From assembly GCA_030295235.1 (NCBI GenBank), contig AP026136.1, positions 868,001-932,000 on the forward strand: DNA of 64,000 bases, given 5' to 3'. A model generated the notes under the pieces. The model was not told the DNA's origin. It saw nothing but the letters and a program-made list of their open reading frames with translations, and made no database searches. The translations under genes were made by a program, and so were the position numbers. This document shows positions 21,578 to 34,248 of this stretch, one piece after another (position 1 is the stretch's first letter; each line of letters begins with the position of its first letter). This DNA is from Fistulifera solaris (taxonomy: Eukaryota).

Positions 21578-24500
21578 ATGCAGATAGTCATGACTGTACT
21601 TGCATCTGTGCTTGCTGTCACATTTCAACGGAGATATCATGTCGCCGCCTTCCAACAAGCAAGCACATTTCGCGGCTTTTCGAATTCACGGCTGTACGCC
21701 AGAGGTAAGTTTGTTTGTACTGGGCCCTTTCTTTCTAGCGACAAGACAATTTTCCGCCTCACAGAAGTATCCCGTTTTTTTAATGTTTCTCAACAACACA
21801 GAAGAGAAAAAGGAAAAGAATGTATTTGCCTCGACCATTATTTTACCCGATACGCCCTTTTCGCAAAGAGCCAACGCTGTGGTCCGTGAACCAGAATTAC
21901 AAGCTTACTGGAAAGAATCGGGTTTGTATCACAAACTGTCCAAGCAAAACGCCGCATCAGGACGTTTTGTATTGCACGATGGACCTCCTTATGCAAATGG
22001 AGACCTCCATTGCGGTCATGCACTCAATAAGATTCTCAAAGATTTTGTCAACCGAAAACAGCTACTCAATGGCAAGCAAGTGCATTACATCCCCGGCTGG
22101 GATTGTCATGGTCTTCCCATTGAATTGAAAGTACTTCAGACCATGTCATCGAAAGAGCGCAGTGGCTTGACACCTGTAACGCTTCGTCAGAAGGCAGCCG
22201 CCTTTGCCAAGGAAACGGTAGAAAAGCAATCCGTGGCCTTCCAGCGATTCGGTATCTATGGCGACTTCGACAAGCCATACTTGACACTGCAACCAGAGTT
22301 TGAGGCAGCGCAGATTCGGGTTTTTGGTGAAATGTTTAAAAAGGGGTACATCTTTCGCGGACGAAAGCCGGTGCACTGGTCTCCGTCATCAAGGACCGCT
22401 TTGGCAGAAGCTGAGTTAGAGTACCCCGACGGGCACGTTTCGAAAAGTATTTACGTGGCCTTCAATGTCGACAAGCCGTCACAGGCTTTGGTAGAACACC
22501 ATTCGGCGCAAGACCCGCTCAAAGTGGCCATCTGGACCACTACTCCGTGGACCATGCCCGCCAACTTGGCGGTAGCCGTTAATTCGGATTTGAGTTATTC
22601 AGTGGTTTTTCACGAGAAAACTGGAAAGTTGCTTGTAGCAACCGACTTGGCCGAGACTCTGGCGAAGAAATTTGCGTTACCAGAAGGAGAAGTGTTTGAC
22701 GTTAGGGGAACATTTCAGGGATCGGATCTGGTGGGAACCACTTACCAGCATCCTCTCTATGAGCGTAGATCTCCAGTCTTGGCCGGTGGCGACTATATTA
22801 CAACCGAGTCTGGTACTGGTTTGGTGCACACGGCTCCTGGACACGGTCAGGAGGACTATTTGACAGGATTAAAGAATGGATTAGAAATTCTCAGTCCAGT
22901 CGATGATGTTGGAAAGTTCACTGCCGATGCCGGTGAGAAATTTGTCGGGTTAAGTGTATTAGCTGAAGGTAATCAGGCTATTATAGATGCTCTTGCTGAG
23001 ACAGGTGCGCTCCTGAAAGCAGAAGACTATGGTCACAAATATCCATACGATTGGAGAACGAAGAAACCGACGATCTTCCGGGCGACCGACCAATGGTTTG
23101 CAAGTGTGCAGGGCTTTCGAGATTCAGCACTGAAAGCAATCGACACGGTAAGTGTATCATTTTTGTCGACTACTATTTATTGCGTTATCGCGGATGAAGA
23201 AAACTTTCATACTATCCTGAGGGTCTGAGCAAATTGCCATGTTGATCCATGTGAAACCGAGCTTTTTAACCCTGACGCATACAGTGTTTTTTGAATCGAG
23301 AGAAGACTCTTCGGCTTTTGCTCACATTGCTTGTTGATTTGTTCAGGTTAAGTGGGTTCCGGATGTGGGTAAGAATCGTATTACTGCATTTGTTAGTGGA
23401 CGTGGCGATTGGTGCATTTCGCGCCAGCGATCGTGGGGAGTCCCTATCCCAGTTTTCTACGACAGGGCAACAGGGAAGGAGGTTTTGTTGAACGAAGACA
23501 CATTACAACACATTCAAGAGCTCTTTGTAAAACACGGCAGTGACTGTTGGTGGACTATGGACGAAAAAGACTTGCTGCCCGAAAGTTACAAACACGAAGC
23601 CGAGAAGTGGGTCAAAGGGACTGATACCATGGATGTTTGGTTCGATTCGGGTTCAAGTTGGGCTGGCGTTGCACAATCACGAAATGAACTGGCTTATCCC
23701 GCTGATATGTATTTAGAAGGTAGTGACCAGCACCGTGGATGGTTTTCAAAGCAGTTTGCTGACAAGTGTCGCAAACAATGATCAGGCACCGTACAAGACA
23801 GTACTTACACACGGCTTCGTCTTGGATGAGAAAGGCTTCAAAATGTCCAAGTCACTAGGAAATGTTGTCGACCCCATGCAAGTGATCAAGGGAGGTAATA
23901 ATCAAAAACTGGAACCAGCCTATGGCGCTGACGTCTTGCGCTTGTGGGTCGCAAACTGTGATTATTCAAGTGACGTATCAATAGGACCCAACATCATCAA
24001 GCAAACCTTCGAAAGTTATCGCAAACTCCGCAATACTGCTCGCTACATGATTGGAAATCTAGCCGACTTTGTACCAGAAGGTCAACCAGGAAGCAACGCA
24101 GTTCCCTACGACGACCTTCCCTCGATGGATAAATGGATGTTAGGTCGCCTCACTGCAGTTTTGAAACTGGTGGACGAAGCAATGAACGAATACCAGTTTC
24201 AACGAGCAGTCCAAGAAATTTTGCGATTTGCAACGGCTGATCTCTCAAATTTTTACCTAGATGTCGCCAAAGACCGATTATACATTTCTGGTATTGACGA
24301 TTTCCGAAGACGAAGTTGCCAGACAGTGATTCAAAAATGTTTAGAAGGTTTTGCCAAGGCAATGTCCCCGCTTTTACCTCACATGGCGGAAGATATCTGG
24401 CAAAATCTGCCATACGAGACCAGTCACGACAGCGTTTTTGAAGGTGGCTGGCCAGCCGATTTGGCTGCTTATCCCGAATTCGCCGTAGATGAATGGGATC

Positions 24501-24991
24501 TTGTTCGCGAATTGCGCGACGACGTCAACAAAGTGCTCGAGGCAGCACGAAACGACAAACTAGTCGGAGCATCTTTAGATGGCGCCGCTTTTGTATATGT
24601 AGCTGACGACAGGAAGAGAGCTATTTTGGAGAAACTGGTTGGCGACGAGAATCTGATTTCGCCTCCGGTAAAAACCAACGGCGTGGACGAGTTACGGACT
24701 GCGTTGATGCTATCACAGGTTTCTCTTGTCGGCAGTGAAACCGCTCTAAAGGAGGCTTGCGAGGAGAAATACATTTCCGGCAAGGATACAGCAAGCGGAT
24801 GTATAGTCGGCGTACGAAAGGCTTCCGGTGAGAAATGCGGTCGGTGCTGGTTTTATGACGAGCAAATTGGAAAACACAACCTTCCTCATGGGGACGCTTG
24901 TCAAAGATGTAATGAGGCTATTTCCATTTGGGAAAAGAAATCAGGGCAAACGTTCGTGCGTCCAGAAGCAGCTGAGCAACCCGTAGCATAA
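21578..24991 (+). CDS. ileS: Organellar (bacterial type 1) isoleucyl-tRNA synthetase; introns 21705-21801 and 23148-23346; frameshift at T4 run 23743-23746
   Basis: [14 protein letters not shown] (HIGH), [39 protein letters not shown]-terminal CGRCW..CQRC zinc finger; signal peptide + AAF. Confidence 0.97.
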
Positions 24992-25000
24992 AAACCATTT

Positions 25001-25561
25001 TTATATAAGACTATCTTCTCCTATCTGTAAAACGAACCCTCCCCATCTTTGTGTATTATCTTGTTTTTTGCCAGTAACTCGAATGGTGGGGATCATCTCG
25101 TCACCATCCTCCGCTTGAAAGGTGCAACTCTCGGGATCGATCGTACCTCTGAGAATGGCAGACCAGACAATGCGACCAAAGACCGACACGCTGATTGTCG
25201 TTGTACTGAACACAGCTGCCATGGCGGCAGATGGCTGTCCTCGCAAACCGGGAATTCGTAGTCTCGCGTGGATTTTGTCCATCGTCTCGGTCCATTCGCA
25301 GCCGTCGTCTTCAACACCAGGAACGCGACTAGTACTTTCGTATCCCGTCATGGAAAGTCCCGACAACAAACCTGCCGGTAGAGGCTTTTCCAGGTCTTCC
25401 ATAGTCAAGCCTAAATCACTGACGTCGACGAAAGCGGGGCTTTTATCGGAAGCTCCATTCTTCAACGCCGAAGTGATACCTGTGCGCGTGCTTCTCACAC
25501 GAAAAGCACCTGCATTTGCAACGAGAAACAGAAAGACTACCAGTATGTTTTGAAAGAGCAT
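25001..25561 (-). CDS. Plastid-targeted CS (p23/NudC-like) domain protein
   Basis: Signal + AGAF motif; WTET...I...L.IP ... LRGTIDPESCTF ... K...W pattern typical of CS domains. Confidence 0.65.
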   Translation of the reverse strand: MLFQNILVVFLFLVANAGAFRVRSTRTGITSALKNGASDKSPAFVDVSDLGLTMEDLEKPLPAGLLSGLSMTGYESTSRVPGVEDDGCEWTETMDKIHARLRIPGLRGQPSAAMAAVFSTTTISVSVFGRIVWSAILRGTIDPESCTFQAEDGDEMIPTIRVTGKKQDNTQRWGGFVLQIGEDSLI

Positions 25562-25990
25562 TTTCTGTTGTTTGATCAACGTCAAGATTGACGGAGGTGT
25601 TACTAAAAACTACCTTACAATAAGCGATGGAAATGCGAAAAAAATGAAAATGTGTCTTTTTGAGAAAATTGAGTCAGTTCGTTTTTGTTCTCCTTTTTCC
25701 GTAATTTACGAGAAATAATTTGACGGTCGACGGCTGGGTTTATGGTCGAAAAATCGCGAAATGCACATCACCGATCACAGCAATTATTCTTTTGACACAA
25801 CAACCTCATCGATCATCGCATAACAACCTTCATTCAAACTCCAGTATTTCATATGAAAAACTAAGTTGATCATTGAAAACGTAATTTCGATTAGCTTATG
25901 ACATGATCAGAATACTCTCCCGTAAATAAATAAGAACGCGATTGCATATTGTTCAGATAAATCGAATGCCCAGAGGTCGTCCTCTATACC

Positions 25991-27055
25991 ATGAACCTTT
26001 CCATCAAGAACGTGATCAGGCTACTGCTTGCCCTGGTGCTCACGTGTCAAATATCTTACGCCTGGGAATGGTCTGATTTTGTAGGAAGTCACATGCCATC
26101 GACGGTTGTAGCAACATTGTCATTGGAACAAGTTTCTGACATGCGAGCACGGGATATTAAGCGTCGACTCGCCCGGAATCATGGCTATTCGGCCGAGGAG
26201 TTGGCGCGAATACTCGATAAGAAAGAACTCATACATGCACTGGCTTTTGAAGAGGAAAAGATTCGTCTCAAATACGAGGATGAAGTGAAACGCGTTCTAT
26301 TGAAGCGAGGCATCATCACAGCCATCATCCTGGTTCTAGTCATTATCTGCTGGCCTTTGTTGCAACACGCCTACGAGGTTGCTTCAGTCAACTTTGTTGT
26401 ATATACCGATCGAAAAAGGCACGAAGTGCACCGGTGTTGGGAATTGAAGTCGTATGCTGGAATGGTAGGGTGTATGATCATGTTTGTTCTCGATTTGATG
26501 CAAGCCTGGTTAACGGCATCCATCTTGTTGTCCTGGGTCATGCGCTCCAAATATTTCTTTCCCACACCGTCACTACCACTTCGACCAGGTCAACTGATGG
26601 GAGGTGAGATAGCACGCTCTCCCATGGCAAATTATGGACTCAATGTTGGTCCGATGGTTGTGTCTTGGGGCATGCGGTTTGTTTATGGACGAATAGAGAG
26701 TTGGACTGGTCGTGAGCTTTCACGAGCTCATCAGACACAGCGCCGCGCGGCCCGTGAAAACGAAAGCGAACAAGAACGAGCCGCTCGAAAGGCCCGTAAA
26801 CAAGCAAGGCGGGAAGAAAGAGAACGACAAGCCACGATGCACGTTCCCAATAGCAAGCTGCCGCCGGATTGGATGCAACCAAACAATACTGATTTAGATA
26901 AACAAGGAGACGGACCAGTTCCATTCTCAACTGCACATAATGATCAGACGATTGGATCCGAAGATAAGATGTATCCCCTGCCCAACAGCAAGGAACATGA
27001 AGAATTTCTGGAACAACTCGATTGTCACATCTCCGAGTTTGATGAATTAGACTAA
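25991..27055 (+). CDS. Uncharacterised secretory-pathway membrane protein with SAP-like motif and C-terminal coiled coil
   Basis: Signal peptide; MRARDIKRRL..HG.....ILDKKELI; about 3 hydrophobic helices; R/E/K-rich tail. Confidence 0.7.
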   Translation: MNLSIKNVIRLLLALVLTCQISYAWEWSDFVGSHMPSTVVATLSLEQVSDMRARDIKRRLARNHGYSAEELARILDKKELIHALAFEEEKIRLKYEDEVKRVLLKRGIITAIILVLVIICWPLLQHAYEVASVNFVVYTDRKRHEVHRCWELKSYAGMVGCMIMFVLDLMQAWLTASILLSWVMRSKYFFPTPSLPLRPGQLMGGEIARSPMANYGLNVGPMVVSWGMRFVYGRIESWTGRELSRAHQTQRRAARENESEQERAARKARKQARREERERQATMHVPNSKLPPDWMQPNNTDLDKQGDGPVPFSTAHNDQTIGSEDKMYPLPNSKEHEEFLEQLDCHISEFDELD

Positions 27056-27883
27056 AGTAAGCGATGTTACTTAGATGTTCGAAAAAGACTTGTTTCTTAT
27101 TATTATCGGTAGCTGCGAACAGTAGCTATAGGTTTTAGCGGGGGGTTGACTAGCGTTGAGCTATAGTCAAAAGCTGTGTACTTGGTATTTTTCGTCTTCC
27201 AGAAATGGAGCCATGATGACGAAAATGGTAAAAGGTGCTTAGAGTTCGGGTGAATAAATGCGTCTACGTACTGCATCATTAAAAGTACTGGTACCGGTAC
27301 CGGTACCTGGTACAGAGGAGGTCGTCGTCACAGAGAAAAACCGGTATTGGAGGGCACAAGGGTCAAGTACCGGACCTTAATCACATAACGTCAATGTCCT
27401 TCACAATACGCATTTTTTGTGGACGTCATTGTCGTTAACCGTCCATCGGGTTACAATTTGCTTTACAGTATTTATTTGCGACTTTCCCCTACATTGTTTC
27501 GTAGAGTGCTAACCGGAAGACGCCAACGTGTGTCATTGTCATACGGATGATCTAAAATGCTACACTCTAACTCTCCAACCATGTTCCGTCTCCAACGGTT
27601 TGGCTTGTACAAAGTGTCCGCGGCCCCAGCGGTTCTTAAATAGTATCACCATTGGTGTTTTTCCATGAAGTGACCGAACGAAAGACCAAAGACCAAACAC
27701 CGCTTCGCGGCCACAGACTTTGGCAACGGAGCGGTTTGGTGGCAACCCGACACTGCCAGCAGGCGCGTTTTTCGAGTTCGGAGCAAAGTGGATCAGCATC
27801 GGTCATCTGGTCTTTTTGCTGTTGCGACCACACGTTCTTGGATTGGTCTTCCGTATTGAACGACTTAACTTACAGCAATAAAA

Positions 27884-29114
27884 ATGGGAGATGAAGGAGG
27901 TGATCAGAATGGGGCGCTAATGTCGGACCCCGTAGATGTTATCATCGATAAGCTGTTGAGGTCAGTCAGTGCACGCGGATGGAGCAGCAGCAGAAGTTGT
28001 CATGCAAATGCCGACAAATACTTTACTGAGGCTATTGGTTGATTTGTAATCAAACCAGTATTCTATTTGGGTATTTCAAAGGGCATTTTGAATGTGCAAT
28101 CGTTTGCTGCGGTATTTTACTTTTATTCGTAATTTTGTCTGCCTTGACTGCACAATAAATGCTAACTGTTTTCTCTTACTTCTTGACATCTTCAGCGTCC
28201 GAGGAGCCCGCCCAGGTAAACAAGTAGACCTTTCAGAAGCTGAAATCAAGATGCTTTGTCTTCGAGGAAGAGATTTGTTGATCGGACAACCCATGTTGCT
28301 CGAGTTAGAGGCACCCATTAAAATTTGCGGAGATGTACACGGACAATACTACGATTTGCTTCGTCTCTTCGAATATGGAGGCTTTCCGCCGGAATCAAAC
28401 TACGTCTTCCTAGGTGATTACGTGGATCGCGGAAAGCAAAGTCTTGAGACTATTTGCTTGTTGTTGGCGTACAAGATCAAGTATCCGGAAAACTTCTTCA
28501 TTCTCCGTGGCAATCACGAGTGCGCATCGATTAACCGCATTTATGGTTTTTACGACGAATGTAAGCGAAGATTCGGAATTAAGCTCTGGAAGACATTTAC
28601 CGACTGCTTCAACTGCTTGCCATGTGCCGCGGTCATTGATGAGAAGATTTTCTGCATGCACGGAGGTCTCAGTCCAGAGCTTACCAGTTTGGATCAGGTA
28701 AAGCGAATCGTTCGGCCCACTGACGTTCCTGATACAGGTTTGCTCTGTGATCTTCTTTGGTCGGATCCTGATAAGGAAATTGACGGATGGGGTGAGAACG
28801 ATCGGGGTGTGTCTTTCACTTTCGGAGAAGACATTGTAGCCCAGTTTCTGCACAAACACGATCTTGATTTAATTTGTCGGGCCCATCAAGTTGTTGAAGA
28901 TGGATATGAATTCTTCGCTCGTCGGCAACTGGTCACATTGTTTTCCGCACCTAACTACTGTGGGGAATTCGACAATGCCGGGGCCATGATGAGCGTCGAC
29001 GAAACGCTCATGTGCTCGTTCCAGATTTTAAAACCTGCTGAAAAGCGACAGCGCTTCGCTTTCCAGGGTGGCGCTCAAGGAAGGCCTGGAACCCCCCAGG
29101 GAACAGGCAAATAG
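27884..29114 (+). CDS. PP1: Serine/threonine protein phosphatase 1 catalytic subunit (intron 27961-28195)
   Basis: [32 protein letters not shown]; exon 1 [16 protein letters not shown] joins VRGARPGK. Confidence 0.98.
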
Positions 29115-29625
29115 TCATCCCTGGATGTGTTTCAATTTGGATCGGGTCACATTTTCGAATTGTACATGCCGTTGTATTTCACTCTTTCCGGTGTCCTTTC
29201 GATGTAGTTCGGGCACTAGCGATCTTCTGGCTCTGTGGTACCTAAACCCTTGGCTATTAAACTCTTCTTAATTATGTTTACAGACTACTAGTTTCTTATC
29301 ATCTATTCATTTGAAGCAATGATTATTCTGGAACCGATGAATTGATTTATGATGGCGCGATAGAGATATTGAGATCCCCAAGTACATACATTCTATGAGC
29401 CCGGCTAGTTCTTCGATATTGCTAAGGGGGCTAAATTAATGAATGATGAATCCTCATGAATTGCCCGTTAATCTTACATGAAATAATTTTCCGTGACGCT
29501 ATCCTTAGTTTTTTCATCGAATGTGACACCGAGGTGCGCGCTTCCCGGAAAATTTGGTGCGTTGAGTTTCGAGTCCCATTTAAATAATCGATACCGATTC
29601 TGTTACAAGATTCGTGGGGTGCGCG

Positions 29626-29937
29626 ATGCCGAATTCTTCGCTTTCATCGGATCATTTAACGAAAAAAATGACAAGGATGTGGTGCTTGTGTATTCCTGCG
29701 CGATCTGCTATTGGCCATGTTGTGGCTGTTGTGTCTGTTTATGGGAGCTTACTTAGTTTGTTTGCACTTGCGTTCACAGCCATACTATTTTGCTTCGCTT
29801 ACACCGAAGAACTTTTGGTTGCAATGGAAAATGAGATTAGGGAATCAGAGAAAACCGTAGCACTGTCTATGATCGAGCTCTCGGCATTGCAAGACGAAAT
29901 CCGACAATTACTTTCGCAAAGCAAGGATAAGATTTGA
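29626..29937 (+). CDS. Possible small coiled-coil protein (structure uncertain)
   Basis: C-terminal heptad-like EELLVAMENEIRESE..LQDEIRQLL; the middle looks intron-like but splice sites were not resolved. Confidence 0.35.
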   Translation: MPNSSLSSDHLTKKMTRMWCLCIPARSAIGHVVAVVSVYGSLLSLFALAFTAILFCFAYTEELLVAMENEIRESEKTVALSMIELSALQDEIRQLLSQSKDKI

Positions 29938-29979
29938 ACTACGGATGCCCAACACTACGGAATTGAGCTAGACAAGCCA

Positions 29980-30534
29980 TCAACTGCTCTTAGTTCCGCC
30001 TTCTTCTCTCCCCCATACTTCAAGGCGATATATGGTGACTCGACCATAAAAATCGGTAGCATCGTCGAAGGTTAGTTTGATTGCTTTGGTAATCAATTCC
30101 TTGGCTTGCAACGTACGCGTCTGCAACTCATGAACATCATCAAACTCAAGGGTATCATTAACAAGAATCCACTCTTCTTTACCGTTTTTGACATAAACCG
30201 AACATGTTTCGGCACAAAATCCTGCTTGAAATTGTATCCGTATTTCGTCGGGTTGAACGGCCCTCCCAAAGTCTACAATGAACCAGCATCCTTCATTACG
30301 CCCTTTCTGTTCCGCCGTTCCCTCCGAGTTCCAGCAACTAGAGCTATTTTTGGTATCCAGGGCATTTAAAGGACCGTATTGCTTCGTGTTGCGCTGCAAT
30401 ATTGATGACGCCCTGTGCTAGACCGAGTGAGGAAAAGAAAATTATGCGACTGGCTTGTGAAAAAAATTCATTATTATTTACCTTGCTGTTGTTCCCATCG
30501 AAGTAAGACTTAATAGGGTTTTTGCACTGTCCAT
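29980..30534 (-). CDS. NR2C2AP: NR2C2AP/TRA16-like galactose-binding (discoidin) fold protein; one intron
   Basis: RASSILQRNTKQYG, CWNSEG, IQFQAGF, TDFYGRVTIYRLEVWG. Confidence 0.85.
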
Positions 30535-31407
30535 TCTTCTATTATTTTCTTCTTCAAAATGTGATCTTAGTGAAGAATACTCAAATTAGTTTGCAGTGTG
30601 CATCGCATTTACCATCTCGGTCTTTTGATCAAGAAGTGAGCTCGACGCGCGTCGCTCGTCGCTCTCGGTGAAAAAATCATGCCTCGTGACTAAATTGCAG
30701 TCGTGACGAAGATGAGGCAATGGCTAATTCGGAAAGACGATGCTCCACAAGGATTATGGACATGAAAAACCAAGACATTCATTGTAAATGTTCTTGAAGT
30801 CAACTCAACTGTAATAGCAAAAAATGAAGCTTACAAATTGTACGGGGGTTGAATAGTTGTTTGGCTGGGCTCATCGTGACTCATGAATAAATGCAATCGT
30901 GACATACGAGAACTAACGGGATTTTCGCCATTTTCGCCATGAAACACCAAGACGTGCATCTCCGACACTGCTAAAGTCAATTGTATCGTCGTCGCTACGA
31001 AATGGAGCTACAAAAGCGTAGCTATTCGGTTTTCGTATGCCATACTTTTCTATTATTTTCTACGGAGTACGGTACCGGGCACAAGGTATGTTTTTAAACA
31101 ATAGAGCATCGACTGGGTACCGGTACGATATCATTTTGTTTAGAGGGAATTTCAGAACTCATCGTTCAACGGAGGCAAGGAACAGAGGACTAGCACGGGT
31201 TTTGCTGTCAACTGTCAGATTCAATCTCGTTTCATTATCAAGCAAACCATTGCTTGAGAACTATTTATCAAAAATCTGTCATTTCCTATCTTTAGGAGTA
31301 TTGTGAGCGACTAATCGACACTATAACACGCTCATCTTTGCCAAGAAGCAACGCAATTCTTTTGTTTCTCGGTCGGATAGCTAAATTGAAAGTCACGATT
31401 GAGGAAC

Positions 31408-34119
31408 ATGGTGAAACGAACACGAAAGGAACATTACGTCGAAGGGTTTGGCGACGGCTCAGCTCCTGAGATTAAGAAGGATCACCCAGATCAAGATCAA
31501 AAACGCGATAGACTTTCACATCACGTTCGCCATGACAAACTAAAGATAACAACTGAACATATTCGCAATGGAAAAGCACAACAACATGCGCAAGATTTTC
31601 ACGGCTATTATCCACCCGGAGATCGGTGGGACCCATATTTAAATGGCGGACACGAAAGAATTCGCGGATATCATCATTCAATTGGCGTAGTGGATCAGTG
31701 GCAATATTCCGTGTTCGCTCTTGTCGCGTCCGTAGTTCTCATGATCGCACTCTGCTTGCATTTGATCTCGGACGGTGCAAATGAACGAAGGAAACATAAA
31801 TATGCCTCTAGAAGCCGGCGAGAAACGCCAAGTCGTATGCAAAAGAAGACAGATATTTGGATACCCGATGTTGATGAAAAGCGCCAAAAAGAAGAACAGC
31901 AGCAACTGGATACTCAAGCAAGTAGGCCATTGCATGCATTTCAAAATCCGTACCCGGCTCGTCTTCAACAAAGAGTTCCCCAGCGTATTGCAACGCCCGA
32001 TCCTTCTCCAATAGTCGTTAAAGCTGTGACAAATGCTGCTGCACGACCTACAGTATCTGGAGCATCTCATCTTTCCAAAGGAGACCCATTCGCGACGCAA
32101 AGTACCTACATGAATCCTTCGGGAGGAGGCATGTTATATCGTGCTCCAGAGTCAATGGTCCGCACTCCAGCTCGAACCAATATGTCTTCTTCGATGCTGC
32201 CTTTACCTGGCGAAGCACTGTCCGCACATAAACGCACGCCATCACGCCACGAGCATCATTTCGGTGGTCCTTCGCCTCTCCGGAACCCTCTTGCCAATAG
32301 CAACCCGACAACACCGATATATGATAAGCCGCTGAACCAAATGTATGCCACCCAGCGAGCCATTGCACTGGAAAGTCGTGTCTCGTCATTTGGATCATTG
32401 GTAGGAACAGATTCTTTAGATGATAGTGGTCCTCTGGATGAAGAAGCGGGGACACCTAGCGGTAACCTACGATACGCAGATCCATTGGACTTTGGGGGTT
32501 CCGCTTCGTTTGAATGTTCGCATGGAAGTGATGATGTTGATGAAACTGAGCGAATGACAGGACGCTCGAAGCCTCGACCTTTCCATGGCATGCCGCCAGA
32601 TTGGACGCAAGAAACGCCTCGTGCCACGAATTCGAAATCTGTCCTACCATCTGGCGCTCTCGATATCATGTCGACGCGTAATAGCGATCCATGGCACAAT
32701 ATTAGTCTACAGCCTCCGTCAGGTGATGGCTCTTTGGCATTCGCCTCTCCTCCAGTTGCGAAGCGTCGACACAACGATGCAGATGAATCTGATTATCGAA
32801 TACCATTTGTTCCTCACTTGGGTCCAGAGTATCTGCACCTCCGGCATCGATAAACATCAATGCCCTTCGGTTGCATCAAATGGAATCAGGCAGCGTCCCA
32901 CACTGGGCAGCGGAATCATTTTCAGAAGCTATTCTTGGAAACGAATATTCAGAGGAATCGTCCTCGTCAAGTTCCGCAGTTGATAAGATACCGTCGAACG
33001 ACCCAAGAGCGGGGATAGATCACAAACGAAAGTCGCTTATCGATTTTACTAACTCAGCCGCTTCTCTCCAAGGAGCCATCGATTTCGATAAATTGGAGTT
33101 GATCGAGGTCATCGGCGGTGGCGGCTTTGGGCAAGTTTGGAAGGCTAAGTGGCGCGGAACACCTGTTGCAGTCAAGATACTTACAGGTTCAGCACAAAGT
33201 AAGCATGTGCCCAGGGCAGTGCTGGAGGAATTTGCGGCTGAAATCAATCTATTGAAGGGAATGCAACACCCCAATATATGCTTGTACATGGGCGCTTGTG
33301 TGGTGCCCCCAAACCGTGCAATCGTAACAGAACTAGCTGCTCACGGATCTTTGTGGGATGCGTTGCGCTTACCTCTGGATTCACCATTTACTGCGTGCGA
33401 CGGTGTATCACACAATGGTTGGCCGACTTCATTATTTGAGCCCGATCCACGCCATGGTACACCCCCATCACATCGATATCCTAATCAACCTCCAGTTCCG
33501 CCAAAGTATCAATGGCCTTGGGTATTGGTAAAGAAAGTTGCAGTTGGAGTCGCTCGTGGTATGGCGTATCTGCACGGTGGTGATCCCCCTATTCTGCATA
33601 GGGACCTTAAGTCGGTAAGGCACATCCAGGTTGTTTCACTTGATTGTTTTCGATGAAATAAACTGCTGCTTACTCAATTCCCCGCATGATTTTTTTATTT
33701 AGGCCAACATATTGCTGGACGAAAGCTACAATCCGAAAGTATGTGATTTTGGGTTGAGTCGTTTGAAGGCTCAAGAACGTAGCATGACAGGCAATTGCGG
33801 AACAGTTCAGTGGATGGCTCCAGAGGTTCTCGCTAATCAATCATACAATGAGAAAGCCGATGTTTTCAGTTTTGGCATTATATGCTGGGAATTACTGACG
33901 AGGCAATGTCCGTATGAAGGAATGACGGCAATTCAATGTGCGCTAGCTGTCCTCAATCGTGATAGTAGACCCGAAATGCCAAAATGGTGCCCCCCTTGCT
34001 TGTATGCAATCATTCGATCTTGTATCAAAAAGAATCAAGACGAGCGACCAACTTTCGAGCAATTACTGCGAGAATTTGAAGGACTTCCCGACGCCTCACC
34101 TGTCAGTGGTCGTATTTAA
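31408..34119 (+). CDS. Single-pass membrane TKL (Raf/MAP3K-like) protein kinase; frameshift near 32830-32870; intron 33615-33702
   Basis: TM helix YSVFALVASVVLMIALCL; long disordered linker; GGGGFGQV, VAVK, HRDLKS-ANILL, DFG, GTVQWMAPE. Confidence 0.9.
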
Positions 34120-34248
34120 TGTGGCATAACTTTATCGCATTGTTGCTATTATTTTATAAGGATATTCTATCTTTCTTCTGTGATGCGTATCTTCTTGAGC
34201 TTATTCTCTTGATTAATAAATGTTCTAGAAAGTTGTAAAGGGCATTAT

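Noticed and set aside
27560..27894. Short ORFs upstream of PP1
   Set aside because: No recognisable motifs; they overlap the probable promoter/5' UTR and the true PP1 exon 1 begins at 27884
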